A stretch of DNA of 64,000 nucleotides from Squalus acanthias (lineage: Eukaryota): contig CM059432.1 of assembly GCA_030390025.1 (NCBI GenBank), positions 42,286,001-42,350,000 of the forward strand. Direction: 5' to 3'. The notes below the pieces were generated by a model. It saw only the letters and a program-made list of their open reading frames with translations. It was not told the DNA's origin and searched no databases. Both the position numbers and the translations under genes were made by a program. This document shows positions 62,051-64,000 of this stretch, one piece after another. How positions within the stretch are numbered: position 1 is the first letter of the stretch; each line of letters opens with the position of its first letter.

Positions 62051-63730
62051 GGGGGTCAAATTTGATTAAGGCCCAAAAACGGGCACAGGCACCGTGATGC
62101 GAGATATGCCTGCACCCGTTCAGAAAGTGCAGGCAGCACGTCAACTTGGTGCTGCCTGCTATTTTACATGATAGGAGTGCACAGCCTAGTGACTATCGCG
62201 CTGTTGACAGGCTGTGCGCTCAGCAGGCGGCCCAAGTTAATGTCGCTGGAGGGAGGCTGCCTTTCCTTAAAGCTAACCTATTCCTTGACAAGGCAATCTC
62301 TAGTCCTTAAAGCTGAATTACATTCTGAAAACAAAATTTAATATCATTCAGAACTAGGCAGTCTGCAGCTCGAGTGGTCAAGGTCAAGGTCAGTGAATGT
62401 ATCTTCCAAAGCCGTCTCCTACCAACTGCACCACTAGCCTCACACACTGCTCAATGCACGACCACCCCGCTGCCCCATCATTCACCTACCAACAATCTCT
62501 ACCAAACACGAGGCACACCTCACATTCTTAGCTTCGCCTCACCCCCTTGGAGGAGACAGTGCTGGCCATTCTTGGCAGGGGCATGGCTGAGCCCTTGGCC
62601 AGCCATGTGGCTGAAAGAATACAAGTTCCTGGTATCCTCATACACTATCCTCTTTCTCACATCCCACTTCCCCCTCATCCCACAATCTCTTCTGATTTAC
62701 AAGGTGCGCATGGTGTAAGCATGCACCTCTTGCTTTCCTGCCCTCCCCTCGCCACACCCCTACCCTTGTGCCTTCCTCATTTCAAACATCCAAGAAATCC
62801 AACCTGTCCAGCCAGTGGTTCACCAAGAAGAGGGAGAGGAGAGTGAAGAAGAAAAAGAAACATTGACACTCGATTTCACACTCCCAGCACCAGCTCCTCG
62901 AGGTCGTCCTGGAAGGCCATCTGCAGTGTCCCCCACTGAAAGGCAGCAACCTTCCACCAGCCATGCTGCAGCCACTGGGGTAGCACTGCATAACATCACT
63001 AGGATAGGCAAAGGCAGACGCAAGACATTCACTAAGGGAATGCGCAAGGGTGATTAGTTGATTTTTTGATGTAATATTGGATGCATATATGGATAAAGTT
63101 AGGTTGGAAAGTTTGCTTTGTGGTGGCTTTTATTTCAGCATCGTGGCCAAGAGGACGCTGTGATGGTCAGTAACAGAGGGAAGGTAAGATGTGGGACAAT
63201 TTTGAAAGGGGAATTGGGGTTGTATTCACTGGTACCGCAGGCGGATGATTCCATCCCGGATATCCCGGCCAGAAAGGGCTGTCTGGGTTGCATCCTTCCT
63301 TCTGCTTTTTGCTCTTCTGCTTCTTCCTCTTTCCTCTGCGAGCAGCTTGTCCCCTTTGCTGCCTTTGCTCCATCTCCATGTCATGTTGCAGCCCAAGGGG
63401 GACTGCAACTAGAGCCCCCAGGACTGGGAGCAAGTAGTCTTCTCAGAGGCCTTTTTTTAATATCCAAAGCCTTACAAGCTTGCAGTAGCACTCCTTGCAC
63501 ATTTTAACAACTTTTAAATGTATTGTACCAAGCCACTACTCCAATAAAATGTAAAAAAAAAGTCCAAAAGTCAAAATCTAAACTTACCTGAGAGATGTGT
63601 GAGTCTCTTTAAGAAGTGCTGGCAGCATCAATGTCGTACTGCTGCACGCACGTTCTTCTGCGCATGGTTAGTAGAGGGTGGTATCCAGAGCGGCGACACC
63701 CAAAATCACAGTCGTGCGTCAATTCAGGCA
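62051..63730. mobile_element. Heavily deleted Harbinger remnant
   Basis: Plus strand carries Myb-gene pieces (VVKVKVSEC; EETVLAILGRGMAE; PSTSHAAATG). Minus strand carries fused transposase N- and C-termini (63430-63220). Boundaries are approximate. Confidence 0.65.
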
Positions 63731-63734
63731 TTTT

Positions 63735-63813
63735 TTTTTATTATTCATTCATGGGATGTGGACATCGCTGGCAAGGCCAGCATTTATTGCCCATCCCTAG
63801 TTGCCCTTGAGAA
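63735..63813 (-). mobile_element. Isolated 3' tail of the SINE-headed LINE / SINE family
   Basis: Reverse complement of TTCTCAAGGGCAA...GGGCAATAAATGCTGGCCTTGCCAGCGA...CATCCCATGAATGAAT. Confidence 0.85.
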
Positions 63814-64000
63814 GGCATTGCATGCCAATTGATGTCACGATCAGCAGAATTTACATGTGGGCGGCGAGCGCAGGCAACGGCAGCGCTAACGACCTCCCCA
63901 AAATGGCGGCCGCTGCGTTCTGCACCAGAAGGGGGCGGAAGCGAGGTGGCCGCCATTTCTTCAGCAAAACCGGCCTTGACGGCCGGTGCTAGACCTCCGA

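Overview
This window is vertebrate genomic DNA, most likely from a cartilaginous fish. That inference rests on its repeat content: CR1 LINEs sharing a tail with a V-SINE, Deu-domain SINEs, Neptune-type Penelope elements and PIF/Harbinger elements. I found no convincing host protein-coding exon, so it reads as intronic or intergenic DNA dominated by nested transposable elements. Highlights: (1) An APE-RT LINE (10023-14846) whose 5' UTR is a tRNA-derived SINE head with Pol III A/B boxes. It has no ORF1 and no in-frame ATG, and by my manual scan no TTTT Pol III terminator on its native sense strand. A short SINE made of the same head and tail lies at 45343-46050. It is a candidate Pol III-driven autonomous retrotransposon with a linked SINE. 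(2) Several minimal hammerhead ribozymes in Penelope pseudo-LTRs, including an inverted pair. (3) A Penelope ORF that is continuous for 868 codons once one V-SINE is removed. (4) A 1719-bp solo LTR with a 4-bp TSD and an apparently very long, structured R region. (5) A 167-bp circularly permuted CR1 tail that looks like an integrated DNA circle. Boundaries without a TSD are approximate.
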